Shown piece after piece: positions 38,800 through 49,551 of a stretch of 64,000 nucleotides of DNA (its first letter is position 1; every line of letters starts with the position of its first letter). Source of the stretch: an uncultured bacterium. GTDB lineage: Bacteria > Chloroflexota > UBA5177 > JANWHV01. Where the stretch lies: the NCBI GenBank assembly GCA_963827235.1, contig CAWHAE010000017.1, positions 32,001 to 96,000 on the forward strand, written 5' to 3'. The notes under the pieces are model-generated. The model searched no databases. It had not been told where the DNA came from and saw only the letters and a program-made list of their open reading frames with translations. A program made the translations under genes and the position numbers.

Positions 38800-40173
38800 T
38801 CATCCCGGCAGGGTAATGGTGAATTCCGTGCCCTGGCCTACCACGCTCCGCACGTCTATCGTGCCGCCATGTGCCTGCACAATGCCGCGAGCCACACTCA
38901 ACCCGATGCCCGCCCCGCCCGTGGCCCGATCGCGCGACGGGTCGGCACGGTAGAAACGCTCGAAGATGTACGGTAGGTGTTCAGGCGCAATACCGTGCCC
39001 GGTGTCTCGCACCAGAATGACGGCGGAGCGCGCATCGCCCACGACGCTGAGCATGACGCTCCCGCCTGGCGGCGTGTGGACCAACGCGTTGGCAATCAGG
39101 TTGCGCAGCACCTGGCTCATTCGTGGTGCATCGACGGCAATCGGCGGTAGCGGTCCGGCGGGAGGAAGCATGTCCAGGGCTACGCCCCGATCGCGTGCCG
39201 TCACCGCCTGCATCACCACCGCCTGCTCCACCAGCGGCGCCAGCGGTTGCACGACACGGTGCAGACTGAGTTGTCCTGCTTCGGCGAGCGCCAGATCCTG
39301 CAGGTCGCCCATTAACCCGCCAAGCAGCTGTACCTCTTCGTGCATCGAGTCGATCAACGATGGAGTCGCCGCGATCGCGCCATCCTGGATCGCTTCGAGG
39401 TAACCCAGCACGCTCGTCAGCGGCGTGCGCAGCTCATGCGCGATATCGGCGATCTGGACCCGCCGCATGCGCTGGGCCTCCTCCAGACTCGCCGCCATCT
39501 GGTTGAAGGCCGCCGCCAGCACCGCTACCTCATCCCCCGTGCCGAGAGCCTGCACTCGTTGCGTCAGGTCGCCGCCGGCGAGTCGCGCTGCCGCGCCGGT
39601 CATCGTACTGAGCGGGACCGTGATACGCCGCACGGAGAAGAAGGCCAGCGCGAGTGCGGCACCGAGAGCGCCAAGGCCAATAAGCAGCAGCTCTGAATCG
39701 ACGTTGGCCAGGAAGTCCTGTTGCGCCTTGGAGCTGCTTGCCACGGGGATCAGCGCAAGCTCCCCCAGCTTGCGTGGCACGGCGCGACCTCGGATCGGCA
39801 TGACGATGGCATTGGCCGACTGCACGAATGCTTGTCCCACCGAAGTATGCCCGGAGTCGGCCACAATCGTGCCGGAGTCGTCCACCACTTCCAGCCGGGC
39901 ATGCACATTCGCCGCCTGATCCTCCAGAAACTGTTGTGTAGCGGTCCAGTTGCCATCCTGGGTGTAGAGCAGCCTGATCGTCACTCCCAGCACCCGTGCG
40001 CGTGTGGTCAGTCCTTGCGCACGCTGTGCGGTCACATAGCTGCCGAACGCCTGCTGGGTGCGCAGGTGGGTGACGACGGCAATGGCACTGACACAGAGGA
40101 TAAGGATCAGCGCGGTGGGCGCGAAGAATCGCACTAACAGCGACCGGCGCAGGAGGTTCAGGTGTCCAATCAT
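38800..40173 (-). CDS. Membrane sensor histidine kinase with HAMP (BaeS-like)
   Basis: Two TM segments, HAMP (DEVAVLAAAFNQMA), H-box AHELRTPL, N/G1/F/G2 boxes. Confidence 0.96.
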   Translation of the reverse strand: MIGHLNLLRRSLLVRFFAPTALILILCVSAIAVVTHLRTQQAFGSYVTAQRAQGLTTRARVLGVTIRLLYTQDGNWTATQQFLEDQAANVHARLEVVDDSGTIVADSGHTSVGQAFVQSANAIVMPIRGRAVPRKLGELALIPVASSSKAQQDFLANVDSELLLIGLGALGAALALAFFSVRRITVPLSTMTGAAARLAGGDLTQRVQALGTGDEVAVLAAAFNQMAASLEEAQRMRRVQIADIAHELRTPLTSVLGYLEAIQDGAIAATPSLIDSMHEEVQLLGGLMGDLQDLALAEAGQLSLHRVVQPLAPLVEQAVVMQAVTARDRGVALDMLPPAGPLPPIAVDAPRMSQVLRNLIANALVHTPPGGSVMLSVVGDARSAVILVRDTGHGIAPEHLPYIFERFYRADPSRDRATGGAGIGLSVARGIVQAHGGTIDVRSVVGQGTEFTITLPG

Positions 40174-40874
40174 CGCGGCGCCGGCAGCTTGTAGCCGACA
40201 CCGTAGACCGTGGTGATCCCCGAGGTCTCCGGCAGGCCGGCGGCAGCCATCTTGCTCCGCAGATTCTTGATGTGGACGTCGATGGTGCGCTCAAAGCCGT
40301 CGAAGTCGTCGCCGAACGCGGCGTCGATCAGTTGTTGCCGGCTGAGGATGCGGCCCGGCTCGCCTGCCAGCGCCGCCAACAGCGCGAACTCGGCCGGCGT
40401 CAGCGCCAGTGGTGCTGTGCCCACCGCTGCTTCGTGACGGTCAGGGAGGATGCGCAGCGGCCCAAGCTGGATCACCGGTGGTTCTGCCGGCCGTGGTCCA
40501 TCCGTTCGTCGCAACACGGCACGCACGCGCGCCAACAGTTCACGTGGACTGAACGGCTTGGTCACGTAGTCGTCGGCGCCCAGCTCCAGTCCACGGAGCG
40601 TCACGCCTTCGCCACGCAACGCGGTCAGCATGATAATCGGTACCTGAGAGCGTGACCGGATCCGCCGGCAGACCTCTCGCCCGTCGATGCCCGGCAGCAG
40701 AAGGTCGAGTATGATCAGTGCGGGCTGCTCGCTTTCGGCCAGTCGCAGCGCCTCATTCCCATCATACGCCAGCACCGCGCGGAATCCGTCGCGTTCCAGG
40801 TAGATGCGCACAACGTCCGCGATCTTGCGGTCATCCTCCACCACCAGCACGGTCCGCGCGGCCGTTTCCTCCAT
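40170..40874 (-). CDS. OmpR-family response regulator
   Basis: VVEDD, LDLLLP, GADDYVTKPFSPREL, RTIDVHIKNLRSK, TVYGVGY. Confidence 0.96.
   Translation of the reverse strand: MEETAARTVLVVEDDRKIADVVRIYLERDGFRAVLAYDGNEALRLAESEQPALIILDLLLPGIDGREVCRRIRSRSQVPIIMLTALRGEGVTLRGLELGADDYVTKPFSPRELLARVRAVLRRTDGPRPAEPPVIQLGPLRILPDRHEAAVGTAPLALTPAEFALLAALAGEPGRILSRQQLIDAAFGDDFDGFERTIDVHIKNLRSKMAAAGLPETSGITTVYGVGYKLPAPR
40454..40536. repeat. 83-bp segment whose exact reverse complement is at 59361-59443
   Basis: Base-by-base comparison shows identity. Confidence 0.95.
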
Positions 40875-41018
40875 GACTCATCTGCCTTCCGAGCGATCGG
40901 GCGCAACTGGAAGGCGCCCTAGCGCTTCGCCGGTGGTGCCATCCAGTTGCGGCCCGCATGCGAGCGGTATGGTCCATGATACGGGACCATACCGCTCTCC
41001 GATTCGGACTGGACTTGG

Positions 41019-41768
41019 TCAAGCCTGAGCGGCTGCGCGCGCCGACAGCGTTCTGGTGATTGCCTTGCCGATCGCCTGTTGCTCGCTCGTGGCCCTCTGC
41101 AGTGCCTGCGCCTGCGTGATCTTGCCCGCGGCCACCGCGGCATTAAGCTTGGTCTGGAGCGGCGCGAAGATAACCGCGGTGAGTTGCGCCTGTGTCGCCG
41201 AGGCATTGGTCTTCTGGCAGGCCGCCAGCACGCTGGTGCCACCCGCCTGCAGCAGGCTGGTCAGCGCGGTCGGCGTGGTGTTGCATGTGCCGGCAACGAG
41301 CTGCACCATCTGCTTCGTGCTCCACCCCATCGACCGCCCTCTGAAGCCCCCCATCGAGCCAGCTGCCGCCAGCTTGGGATGCGGCGTGACCACCAGGGTC
41401 TCCATCTTGCTCAACAGCGCGTTGTAGCGCGCCGCCTCCTGGCTGGCCGTGGTCCGTCCTGCCGTCACCGCGGCGTCCAGCCTGGCCTTCTGGGGCGCCA
41501 GTAGCGCGATGGCCAGGGCATTGGCATTCGCGTACTTGGACCCGGCGATCTGCCATAGGGTTTCGCCCTGATTCAAGTCCTGCTGCAACACCTGTGGTGT
41601 CACGCCCTCCACAGCGGCGATCTCAGCCAGCGTGGCGCCGGCGTGGCTGGTCCGCGGGTGGCCCGTACCTGCAGTTGTACCGGGCGCGGCGAATGCTACG
41701 GCTCCCGACCCGAGCACCAGGGCGGTACTCACGATGATGGGTGCGATGATTCGATGACTACGATTCAT
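41019..41768 (-). CDS. Secreted helical hypothetical protein with an internal duplication
   Basis: Signal peptide ending AFA; two repeats (LDAAVTAGRTTASQ / LNAAVAAGKITQAQ); lies upstream of the response regulator and kinase. Confidence 0.8.
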   Translation of the reverse strand: MNRSHRIIAPIIVSTALVLGSGAVAFAAPGTTAGTGHPRTSHAGATLAEIAAVEGVTPQVLQQDLNQGETLWQIAGSKYANANALAIALLAPQKARLDAAVTAGRTTASQEAARYNALLSKMETLVVTPHPKLAAAGSMGGFRGRSMGWSTKQMVQLVAGTCNTTPTALTSLLQAGGTSVLAACQKTNASATQAQLTAVIFAPLQTKLNAAVAAGKITQAQALQRATSEQQAIGKAITRTLSARAAAQA

Positions 41769-41835
41769 TTAGCGGTTTCCTTCTTGCTTGACACGATCCG
41801 TGCGCAGTCTCCCTGCGCTCCACCCTTACACTATG

Positions 41836-41861
41836 CGAAGATCGTGAAGAAGTTATGAAGA
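41836..41861 (-). promoter_or_regulatory. Tandem TCTTC(A) repeats, candidate OmpR-type binding site
   Basis: Reverse strand reads TCTTCATAACTTCTTCACGATCTTCG, ~70 bp upstream of the secreted-protein/two-component operon. Confidence 0.4.
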
Positions 41862-42283
41862 TGGTTTCGGGCCTCGCTGCCGGCAACGCAGTCGCTCTGA
41901 TTGCCACACAAACATCGGCCTGCGGCGGCTGCAGTTAAGAGCTGCATGCCAGCGCGCGCCAGGGCTGCAGGCCGGGCGGGAGGCGCCCACTCGCTCGGTG
42001 AAGTCAGCGCACGCCAGACGGTGCGGTGACAGCGGGTCAACACATCTTCCGTGACGTCCAGGGTCGGGCCGGGTTGCATTTATCCTGAGGTACTTAACGT
42101 CAAATGACCGAGGTTTGGCGACGTAGGCACCATATAGATAGAGGAACATTCAATAAAGGTTGACACTGGGCCGCAACAGGCCCATACTCGGAAGGAGCCC
42201 TCCCTCACGGCACCGTGTGCTCGCGGCCGCGCAGATTGAGCATATTTGCGCTCGTGGGACAACGGGAGAGCAGGAGGATGCGC

Positions 42284-42703
42284 ATGCCCACTTCGACATT
42301 GCGACGACTAGAGGACATCGGCGAGACGGTAGTGCATGCTGATGAGGATGTGCGCGGACGGAAGGTCCTTGACGACGGGGGTGACACCATCGGCACAGTG
42401 GACGGCTTGATGGTCGACGATGACCAGAACAGAGTGCGTTTCCTCCAGGTGGAGTGCGGCGGCTTCCTCGGCCTGGGCGCTACGCACGTGATGATACCCG
42501 TCGATGCGATTATCGGCATCACCCGCGATACGGTCACTATCGATCGCGGCGGACGGCACCTGCGCGGTGCCCCACGCTACCATCCGGCGCTCACGAAAGA
42601 GATGGATGAGCGCTACTGGCGCGGAGTCTACGGCTACTACGGCTTCGCGCCCTACTGGGGGGCGGGATACGTGTACCCGAGGTACCCGTACTGCAACCCA
42701 TAG
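42284..42703 (+). CDS. PRC-barrel domain protein
   Basis: DVRGRKVLD..G..IGTVDGLMVD...GGFLGLG...IP; Tyr-rich tail YYG..PYW; AGGAGG RBS. Confidence 0.9.
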   Translation: MPTSTLRRLEDIGETVVHADEDVRGRKVLDDGGDTIGTVDGLMVDDDQNRVRFLQVECGGFLGLGATHVMIPVDAIIGITRDTVTIDRGGRHLRGAPRYHPALTKEMDERYWRGVYGYYGFAPYWGAGYVYPRYPYCNP

Positions 42704-42839
42704 CGCCCGCCCGTGCCTCCACGCGCAACCATGGGGCCGGCGACTCCACGCCAGTTCACGCCTGCGCGTCCACTGGCGTCGTCTGGCTCGCGGCAGGGCT
42801 TGGCGTTTTGCGCCCACCGTGGGCCTTGACGAAAAAGGA

Positions 42840-43008
42840 TTCAACGGCCTTCCTGGGCATCGCGCCCGATGACCGGCGAAACGCGACCAATGAGGGTGTC
42901 ATCTCCGCGGCGACCGGGAGGGTCGCAGTCCGCGTGATCGGCACAGACGAAGAACGGATGATCGCCAGGGACGTGTGCCGCGTCCTCGGCATCAGCACAG
43001 GAGAGTAG
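42840..43008 (+). pseudogene. ackA: Acetate kinase C-terminal remnant
   Basis: FLGI..D..RN.....IS....[17 protein letters not shown] is the AckA C-terminal signature; it ends 4 bp before the phosphoketolase gene. Confidence 0.85.
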
Positions 43009-43012
43009 CAAC

Positions 43013-45421
43013 ATGGAGACGACGACGCTTACCCCGGCGATGCAGAACAGCGGCTCGAAGACGCACACCCTTTCCCCGGAGCTGCTCCACCAGATGGACG
43101 CCTACTGGCGTGCCGCCAACTATCTCTCGGTCGGCCAGATCTATCTCTACGACAATCCGCTGCTCAAGCAGCCGCTGCAGCTCTCGCACGTGAAGCCGCT
43201 GGTGGTCGGACACTGGGGCACCACACCGGGCCAGAACTTCATCTACGTGCACCTGAACCGGGTGATCAAGAAGTATGACCTGGACATGTTCTACATCGCC
43301 GGGCCCGGGCACGGCGGCCCGGCCCTGGTGGGAAACACGTACCTCGAAGGGACCTACTCCGAGGTTTACCCGAACATCAGCCAGGACGAAGCCGGGCTGA
43401 AGAAGCTGTTCTGGCAGTTCTCGTTTCCCGGCGGCGTCTCCAGCCATGTGGCGCCGACGACGCCGGGGTCGATTCACGAGGGCGGCGAGCTGGGATACTC
43501 GCTCAGCCACGCCTTCGGGGCCGCCTTCGACAATCCCGAGTTGATCGTCGCCTGCGTGATCGGCGACGGTGAGGCGGAAACGGGCCCCCTGGCCACCGCC
43601 TGGCAGTCCACCAAATTCCTCAACCCCGGGACCGACGGCGCCGTGCTGCCCATCCTGCACCTCAACGGCTACAAGATCAGCAATCCGACCGTGCTGGCCC
43701 GCGTCGAGCACGAGGAATTGGAACAGTTTCTCCGCGGCTGCGGCTGGGCACCCTACTTCGTGGAAGGCGATGAGCCGGACGCGATGCATGAGCTGATGGC
43801 CACCACGCTGGACACGGCCATCGAGGAGATTCGCCGCATCCAGGGTGCTGCGCGGGATACGCACGACGGCACGCGGCCGCGCTGGCCCATGATCGTGCTG
43901 CGCTCGCCCAAGGGCTGGACGGGACCGAAGGTCGTCGACGGTCTGCAGGTCGAAGGCACCTTCCGTTCGCACCAGGTGCCGCTTCTGGTGGATTCCGACC
44001 ACCCCGATCATGTGCAGCAGCTGGAAAGCTGGATGAAGAGCTACAAACCGGAAGAACTCTTCGATGCGGATGGCCGGCTGCTGCCGGAATTGGAATACCT
44101 CGCACCGAGAGGTGAGCGGCGCATGGGCGCCAATCCGCACGCCAACGGCGGTCTGCTGCTGCGCGACCTGCGTATGCCGGACTTCCACGTCCACGCGGTT
44201 CAGGTGCCCTCTCCGGGCGCTGTGGACGGCCAGGACACGCTCGTGCTGGGTGCGTTTTTGCGCGACGTGGCCAAGCTCAACCAGGATCAGCGCAACTTCC
44301 GCATCTTCGGTCCCGACGAAACGCTCTCCAATCTCCTGGGCGCGGTCTTTGAGGTCACCAGTCGCCAGTGGGACGCCCGGGAAGAACCGAACGACGAGTT
44401 CCTGGCTCCGGACGGACGCGTACTGGACTCCATGCTCAGCGAGCACCAGTGCGAGGGCTGGCTGGAAGGGTATCTGCTCACCGGACGACACGGGCTGTTC
44501 AACAGCTACGAGGCCTTTATTCGCATCGTCGACTCCATGTTCAGCCAGCACGCCAAGTGGCTGAAGGTCACCGCCAAGCTACCGTGGCGGCGGCCGATCG
44601 CCTCGCTGAACTATCTGCTTGCCTCCCACGTCTGGCAGCAGGATCACAACGGCTTCACGCACCAGGACCCGGGCTTCCTCGACCACGTCGTGAACAAGAA
44701 GGCCGATATCGTGCGCGTGTATCTGCCCCCCGATGCCAACTGCCTGCTCTCGGTCTTCGATCACTGCCTGCGCAGCCGGCACTACGTCAACGTGGTGGTA
44801 GCAGGCAAGCACGCCTTGCCGCAGTGGCTGTCCATCGACGCGGCGGTCGTGCATTGCACGGAAGGCATCGGCATCTGGCAATGGGCCAGCAACGACCAGG
44901 GAGCCGAGCCGGACGTGGTGATGGCCTGCTGCGGCGACACGCCCACGCTGGAGATTCTGGCCGCCGTGTCGATCCTGCGCACGCATCTGCCCGCGCTGAA
45001 AATCCGCGTGATCAACGTGGTCGACTTGATGAAGCTGCAGCCCAGCACGGAGCATCCGCACGGATTGAGCGACGCTGACTACGACTCCCTCTTCACCACA
45101 GACAAGCACATCATCTTCGGCTTCCATGGCTACCCCTGGCTGATCCACCGGCTGACCTATCGCCGGACCAACCGCAACTTGCATGTCCGCGGCTACATCG
45201 AAGAGGGCACGATCACCACGGCCTTCGACATGCGCGTGCAGAACGACCTGGACCGGTTCCACCTGGTGCAGGATGTGCTCGATCGCCTGCCGCACCTGGG
45301 CGCGAAGGGGGACTACCTGAAGCAGCAGATGCAGGACAAGCTGATCGAGCACCGGCAATACATCGACAAGCACGGCCAGGACATGCCGGAAATCCGCGAC
45401 TGGAAGTGGGGCAAGCGGTAA
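43013..45421 (+). CDS. xfp: Xylulose-5-P/fructose-6-P phosphoketolase
   Basis: [74 protein letters not shown]. Confidence 0.98.
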   Translation: METTTLTPAMQNSGSKTHTLSPELLHQMDAYWRAANYLSVGQIYLYDNPLLKQPLQLSHVKPLVVGHWGTTPGQNFIYVHLNRVIKKYDLDMFYIAGPGHGGPALVGNTYLEGTYSEVYPNISQDEAGLKKLFWQFSFPGGVSSHVAPTTPGSIHEGGELGYSLSHAFGAAFDNPELIVACVIGDGEAETGPLATAWQSTKFLNPGTDGAVLPILHLNGYKISNPTVLARVEHEELEQFLRGCGWAPYFVEGDEPDAMHELMATTLDTAIEEIRRIQGAARDTHDGTRPRWPMIVLRSPKGWTGPKVVDGLQVEGTFRSHQVPLLVDSDHPDHVQQLESWMKSYKPEELFDADGRLLPELEYLAPRGERRMGANPHANGGLLLRDLRMPDFHVHAVQVPSPGAVDGQDTLVLGAFLRDVAKLNQDQRNFRIFGPDETLSNLLGAVFEVTSRQWDAREEPNDEFLAPDGRVLDSMLSEHQCEGWLEGYLLTGRHGLFNSYEAFIRIVDSMFSQHAKWLKVTAKLPWRRPIASLNYLLASHVWQQDHNGFTHQDPGFLDHVVNKKADIVRVYLPPDANCLLSVFDHCLRSRHYVNVVVAGKHALPQWLSIDAAVVHCTEGIGIWQWASNDQGAEPDVVMACCGDTPTLEILAAVSILRTHLPALKIRVINVVDLMKLQPSTEHPHGLSDADYDSLFTTDKHIIFGFHGYPWLIHRLTYRRTNRNLHVRGYIEEGTITTAFDMRVQNDLDRFHLVQDVLDRLPHLGAKGDYLKQQMQDKLIEHRQYIDKHGQDMPEIRDWKWGKR

Positions 45422-46470
45422 TGAACACGCATGAGCTTATGGCCACAGCGCAGGCACTCGTCGCCGGGGACAGGGGCCTGCTGGCAATAGATGAGAGTCT
45501 GCCAACCTGCAACAAGCGCTTTGCCGGGTTGGGCATCCCCCAGACCGAGGAGGCCCGGCGCGCCTATCGAGAGCTGCTGGTGACCACGCCCGGCCTGGGC
45601 GAATGCATCAGCGGCGTGATTCTGTTCGACGAGACAATTCGCCAGCAGACGAGAGACGGCACGCCCTTTCTCAGGGTGCTCACGGTGGCGGGCATGATTC
45701 CCGGGATCAAAGTGGACATTGGCGCGAAGGACCTGGCAGGGCATCCCGGAGAGAAAGTCACCGAAGGGCTGGACGGGCTGCGTGACCGCCTGGCCGAGTA
45801 CGCGGGGATGGGCGCTCGCTTTGCCAAGTGGCGCGCGGTGCTTGCCGTGGCAGATGGCCTGCCCAGCCGGGCATGTCTCGAAGCCAACGCGCACGCCCTG
45901 GCGCGCTATGCCGCGTTGTGCCAGGAAGCCGGACTGGTGCCCGTGGTCGAGCCCGAAGTGCTGATGGACGGCGAGCACACGGTTGAGCGATGCGGCGAGG
46001 TCACGGAGGAAGTGCTGCGTACCCTGTTCCACCAGCTGTACACGCAGGGCGTACTGCTGGAGGGCCTGATCCTGAAGCCCAACATGGTGCTTTCGGGACT
46101 GAGCTGTCCGAAGCAAGCGCCGGTGGACGAGGTGGCCGACGCCACGGTGCGGTGTCTCCTGCGAGCCGTCCCCGCAGCCGTGCCGGGCATTGCCTTCCTG
46201 TCGGGCGGCCAATCGCCTGATCTGGCTTCGGCTCGTCTGAATGCGATGAGCGTCAGATTCGGGTCCAGACTACCCTGGCCGTTGGCGTTCTCGTTTGGCC
46301 GTGCCATCCAGCAACCGGCCTTGGAGATATGGCACGGCGAGGACGCCAACGTCGCGGCGGCGCAGCAGGCGCTCTGGCATCGAGCGAGGTGCAACCAGAC
46401 CGCGCGTCGCGGCGAGTACACAGTGGAGATGGAACTGACAGCACCAGTACTCCAGACCGCGACGCCGTGA
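45421..46470 (+). CDS. Class I fructose-bisphosphate aldolase (eukaryotic/glycolytic type)
   Basis: GLLAIDES, PGIKVD.G, FAKWR, PVVEPEVL, LKPNMV (Schiff-base Lys), FLSGGQS, FSFGRA. Confidence 0.96.
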   Translation: MNTHELMATAQALVAGDRGLLAIDESLPTCNKRFAGLGIPQTEEARRAYRELLVTTPGLGECISGVILFDETIRQQTRDGTPFLRVLTVAGMIPGIKVDIGAKDLAGHPGEKVTEGLDGLRDRLAEYAGMGARFAKWRAVLAVADGLPSRACLEANAHALARYAALCQEAGLVPVVEPEVLMDGEHTVERCGEVTEEVLRTLFHQLYTQGVLLEGLILKPNMVLSGLSCPKQAPVDEVADATVRCLLRAVPAAVPGIAFLSGGQSPDLASARLNAMSVRFGSRLPWPLAFSFGRAIQQPALEIWHGEDANVAAAQQALWHRARCNQTARRGEYTVEMELTAPVLQTATP

Positions 46471-47459
46471 GCGACACAGCGCTGTATCCTCTGACTTTCG
46501 AACCGATCTACCAGTACCGGCTCTGGGGTGGCCGGCGCCTGGCCGACCTGCTCGGCGCGCCTCTGCCCGGCGACGGTCCCATTGGCGAAGCATGGCTGCT
46601 CAGCGACCGCGCCGACCACCAGAGCCGCGTTTCCAATGGACCGCTCCAAGGACTGACCATCGGGCAGCTGATCGAGCAGTACCCGGAGCCGCTGATGGGA
46701 ACGCTGGCCGGGCGCTTCCGACGCTTCCCCTTGCTGCTCAAGTTCCTCGACGTGCATGAAACACTCTCGGTCCAGGTGCATCCCTCGGATGCGCAGACGG
46801 CGTTGTTGCCTGATGGTGAGAGCGGCAAGACCGAGGCATGGGTCGTGCTGCAAGCGGGGACGGAAAGCCGGGTCTATGCGGGCCTGAGGCCGGGCACGAC
46901 CGCGGACAGCCTGCGGCGGGCACTGGCCAATGGGACGGTGGCCGACCAACTCGCTTGCTTCACGCCGCAACCCGGCGACGGGGTGTTCATCCCGGCTGGG
47001 ACGGTGCACGCGCTGGGTGGCGACGTACTGGTGTTCGAGATTCAAGAGAACAGCGACGTCACCTTTCGTCTGTATGACTGGGACCACGTCGACGCCAAGA
47101 CGGGCCGGCCGCGAGCACTGCAGGTCGAACAGGCGCTTGCCTGCATTGACTTTGCCGGTAGCTCGGCCGGGCTGGTGGCACCCGTGATGGAAGCGACGAT
47201 GCCGGTAGGGCGCGAGCGACTCGTTCGGTGCCCACAGTTCCGGCTGTGGCGACTGCGCGGACAGTCGCCGTTTACCGTCGGTGCCGTCGGAGTGCCGCGC
47301 GTGCTCGTGTGCATCGAGGGCGAGGGGCAGGTCGAACACAGTGGCACCACGTGTGCCGTGGGAAGAGGCGATGTCGTGCTGTTGCCGGCGGTGCTCGGAG
47401 TCTGTGCGTTTCGGCCCCACGGGGACGCAAACGTGTTGGAAATGGCGCTGCCCAAGTAG
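46467..47459 (+). CDS. manA: Class I mannose-6-phosphate isomerase
   Basis: WGG, GEAW, FPLLLKFLD, LSVQVHP, GKTEAW, PAGTVHA, EIQENSDVTFRLYDW. Confidence 0.94.
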   Translation: MSDTALYPLTFEPIYQYRLWGGRRLADLLGAPLPGDGPIGEAWLLSDRADHQSRVSNGPLQGLTIGQLIEQYPEPLMGTLAGRFRRFPLLLKFLDVHETLSVQVHPSDAQTALLPDGESGKTEAWVVLQAGTESRVYAGLRPGTTADSLRRALANGTVADQLACFTPQPGDGVFIPAGTVHALGGDVLVFEIQENSDVTFRLYDWDHVDAKTGRPRALQVEQALACIDFAGSSAGLVAPVMEATMPVGRERLVRCPQFRLWRLRGQSPFTVGAVGVPRVLVCIEGEGQVEHSGTTCAVGRGDVVLLPAVLGVCAFRPHGDANVLEMALPK

Positions 47460-47539
47460 GGTGTGACCGGCCTCGGCGGGACAGCCGGCAGAGCCTTGAA
47501 CGCTGCGAGCGATCGCAGAAATCGAGAGGTGGACGCAGC

Positions 47540-48298
47540 GTGAAGAAGCTCATCGTCTTTGATCTGGACGGTACGCTTGCCGAGAGCAAGTCGGCACTTG
47601 ACGCCGAGATGTCGACACTGCTGCACGACCTGCTCGGCATCGTCCAGGTGGCCGTGATCTCCGGCGGCGATTGGCCCCAATTTGAAAAGCAGGTGCTCGT
47701 CCATCTGCCCCATGACGAACGCCTGGCACATCTCTCCCTTCTACCGACCTGCGGCACGAAGTTCTACCGGTACGCGGGGGAGTGGAAGCAGATCTATGCG
47801 GAGAACTTCAGCGCGCAGGAAAAGCAGCGCATTGTCGGCGCCCTCGACAAGGCCGTCGACGCAGCCGGTCTGAAGGTGGACAAGGTCTGGGGCGAGGTTA
47901 TTGAAGACCGGGGCAGCCAGATCACCTTCTCAGCCCTGGGTCAGCAGGCTCCCCTGGAAGAAAAGGACGCATGGGACCCCGAGTACGCCAAGCGAAAGAA
48001 GATCAAGGCGATCCTGGACACGCTCATTCCCGACTTCTCGGTTCGCATGGGCGGCGCGACCTCCATTGATGTGACCAAACCAGGCATCGACAAGGCCTAC
48101 GGCGTGCGAAAGCTGCGAGACATCCTGGGCATGTCGTTGAAGGAGATGATCTTCATCGGCGATGCCCTGTTCCCTGGCGGGAACGACTATCCGGCGGAAG
48201 AAGCGGGGGTCGTCTCCATCCCTGTGAAAGGTCCCGATGAAACGAAGCGAGTGATCGAAGCGATTATCGCCTGCCTGGATGGCGAGCAGCGCCCGTGA
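47540..48298 (+). CDS. HAD-IIB hydrolase, eukaryotic-type phosphomannomutase-like
   Basis: FDLDGTL, ISGG, IEDRGSQITFS, GG.TSIDV...GIDK, FIGDALFPGGNDY (PMM-like). Confidence 0.9.
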   Translation: MKKLIVFDLDGTLAESKSALDAEMSTLLHDLLGIVQVAVISGGDWPQFEKQVLVHLPHDERLAHLSLLPTCGTKFYRYAGEWKQIYAENFSAQEKQRIVGALDKAVDAAGLKVDKVWGEVIEDRGSQITFSALGQQAPLEEKDAWDPEYAKRKKIKAILDTLIPDFSVRMGGATSIDVTKPGIDKAYGVRKLRDILGMSLKEMIFIGDALFPGGNDYPAEEAGVVSIPVKGPDETKRVIEAIIACLDGEQRP

Positions 48299-48312
48299 GC
48301 AGGTGAGGAGAG

Positions 48313-49430
48313 GTGATGAGCGGATTCACGTTGCGGCGCCTGGGACTGGTGATGGAGCCGGAGCCGGGCAATCCCCAGGAGGTCGAGGGTGTCCTGAATC
48401 CGGCGGCCGTTCGCGGACCAGATGGTAACCTGTACCTGTTTCCCCGCCTCGTGGCGCGGGGCAACTATTCGCGCATCGGCATCGCCCGCGTGCTCTTCAA
48501 CCAGTCCGGCGACCCGGCAGGCGTGGAGCGGCTCGGCATTGCCCTGGAGCCGGAAGCGGACTACGAGCGTCGGCCCGATGGCGGCGGTGGCTGCGAGGAC
48601 CCACGCATCACGTTCGTTGAACCGCTCCAGCGCTACGTGATGACCTACGCGGCATTCTCGCCCATCGGCCCACGCATAGCGCTGGCCATCTCGGAGGACT
48701 TGTTCCACTGGACGCGACTGGGACTGGCAACCTTTGCTGCCTATCGCGGCATCGATTTCGTGCATGTGGACAACAAGGATGCCAGCCTCTTCCCGGTGGC
48801 CATCGCCAATCACGCCGGCAAACTGCAGCTTGCCATGCTCCATCGACCGCTGTTTCCCGGCACGCGTCCCGAGGAAACCGCCCGCCATGCGGCCTCCCGG
48901 TTGGTGGATCTGGATCGAGAAAGCATCTGGATATCCTACTGCCCGATGGCGTTACCGGACCGCCCATCGCCGCACCTCGGCCTGTTCAATTCGCATCACC
49001 GGCTCGCCGCCCCGGTCGCACCTTGGGAGCGGCTCAAAATTGGCTGCGGCACACCGCCCATCCTCACCCGGCATGGCTGGCTGATTCTGTACCACGGCGT
49101 GAGCGCACTGGGGGAGCCGGGCAGCGACGGACATGCACTCTGCTACTCGGCCGGGGTGATGGTGCTGGCGACGGAGCATCCGCGTCTGATCCGCTATCGC
49201 TCGCCGGAGCCGGTACTGCGGCCGGAGTTGCCGAGAGAACGCGGCGGCACCATCGCCAACGTCGTGTTCCCGACCGGCATCGACCGGCGCGACGATCTCG
49301 GCACGCCGGACCGCTTCGACGTCTACTACGGGATGGCCGACGACCGCATCGGCGTGGCTTGCCTGGACGTGCCGGAGTTCTTGCCGCCCGGAGGTGTCCC
49401 CGACCCGCCGGAACCAGAGAGGCAAGGTGC
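48313..49430 (+). CDS. GH130 beta-mannoside phosphorylase/hydrolase (stop codon not seen; the ORF reads into the ATPase)
   Basis: GVLNPAA, CEDPRIT, DNKDA.LFP, LHRP, WLILYHGV, NVVFPTG, YYGMAD. End position is approximate. Confidence 0.88.
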
Positions 49431-49551
49431 TCGATGCCGGGCGTGCAACAGCATGCATGAAACGTGTTCGCTCGCGCCTCGTCCACCGATGGTCCAGGAT
49501 CCCGCTGGGCCGAGACTGGCGGGAGGAAACAAGAACAGGAGGATAGCCACC

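Noticed and set aside
42000-42210. Patchy inverted similarity to 57670-57790, and a faint riboswitch-like look
   Set aside because: Matches are only 6-8 bp in GC-rich DNA; neither homology nor a structured RNA can be supported by eye.
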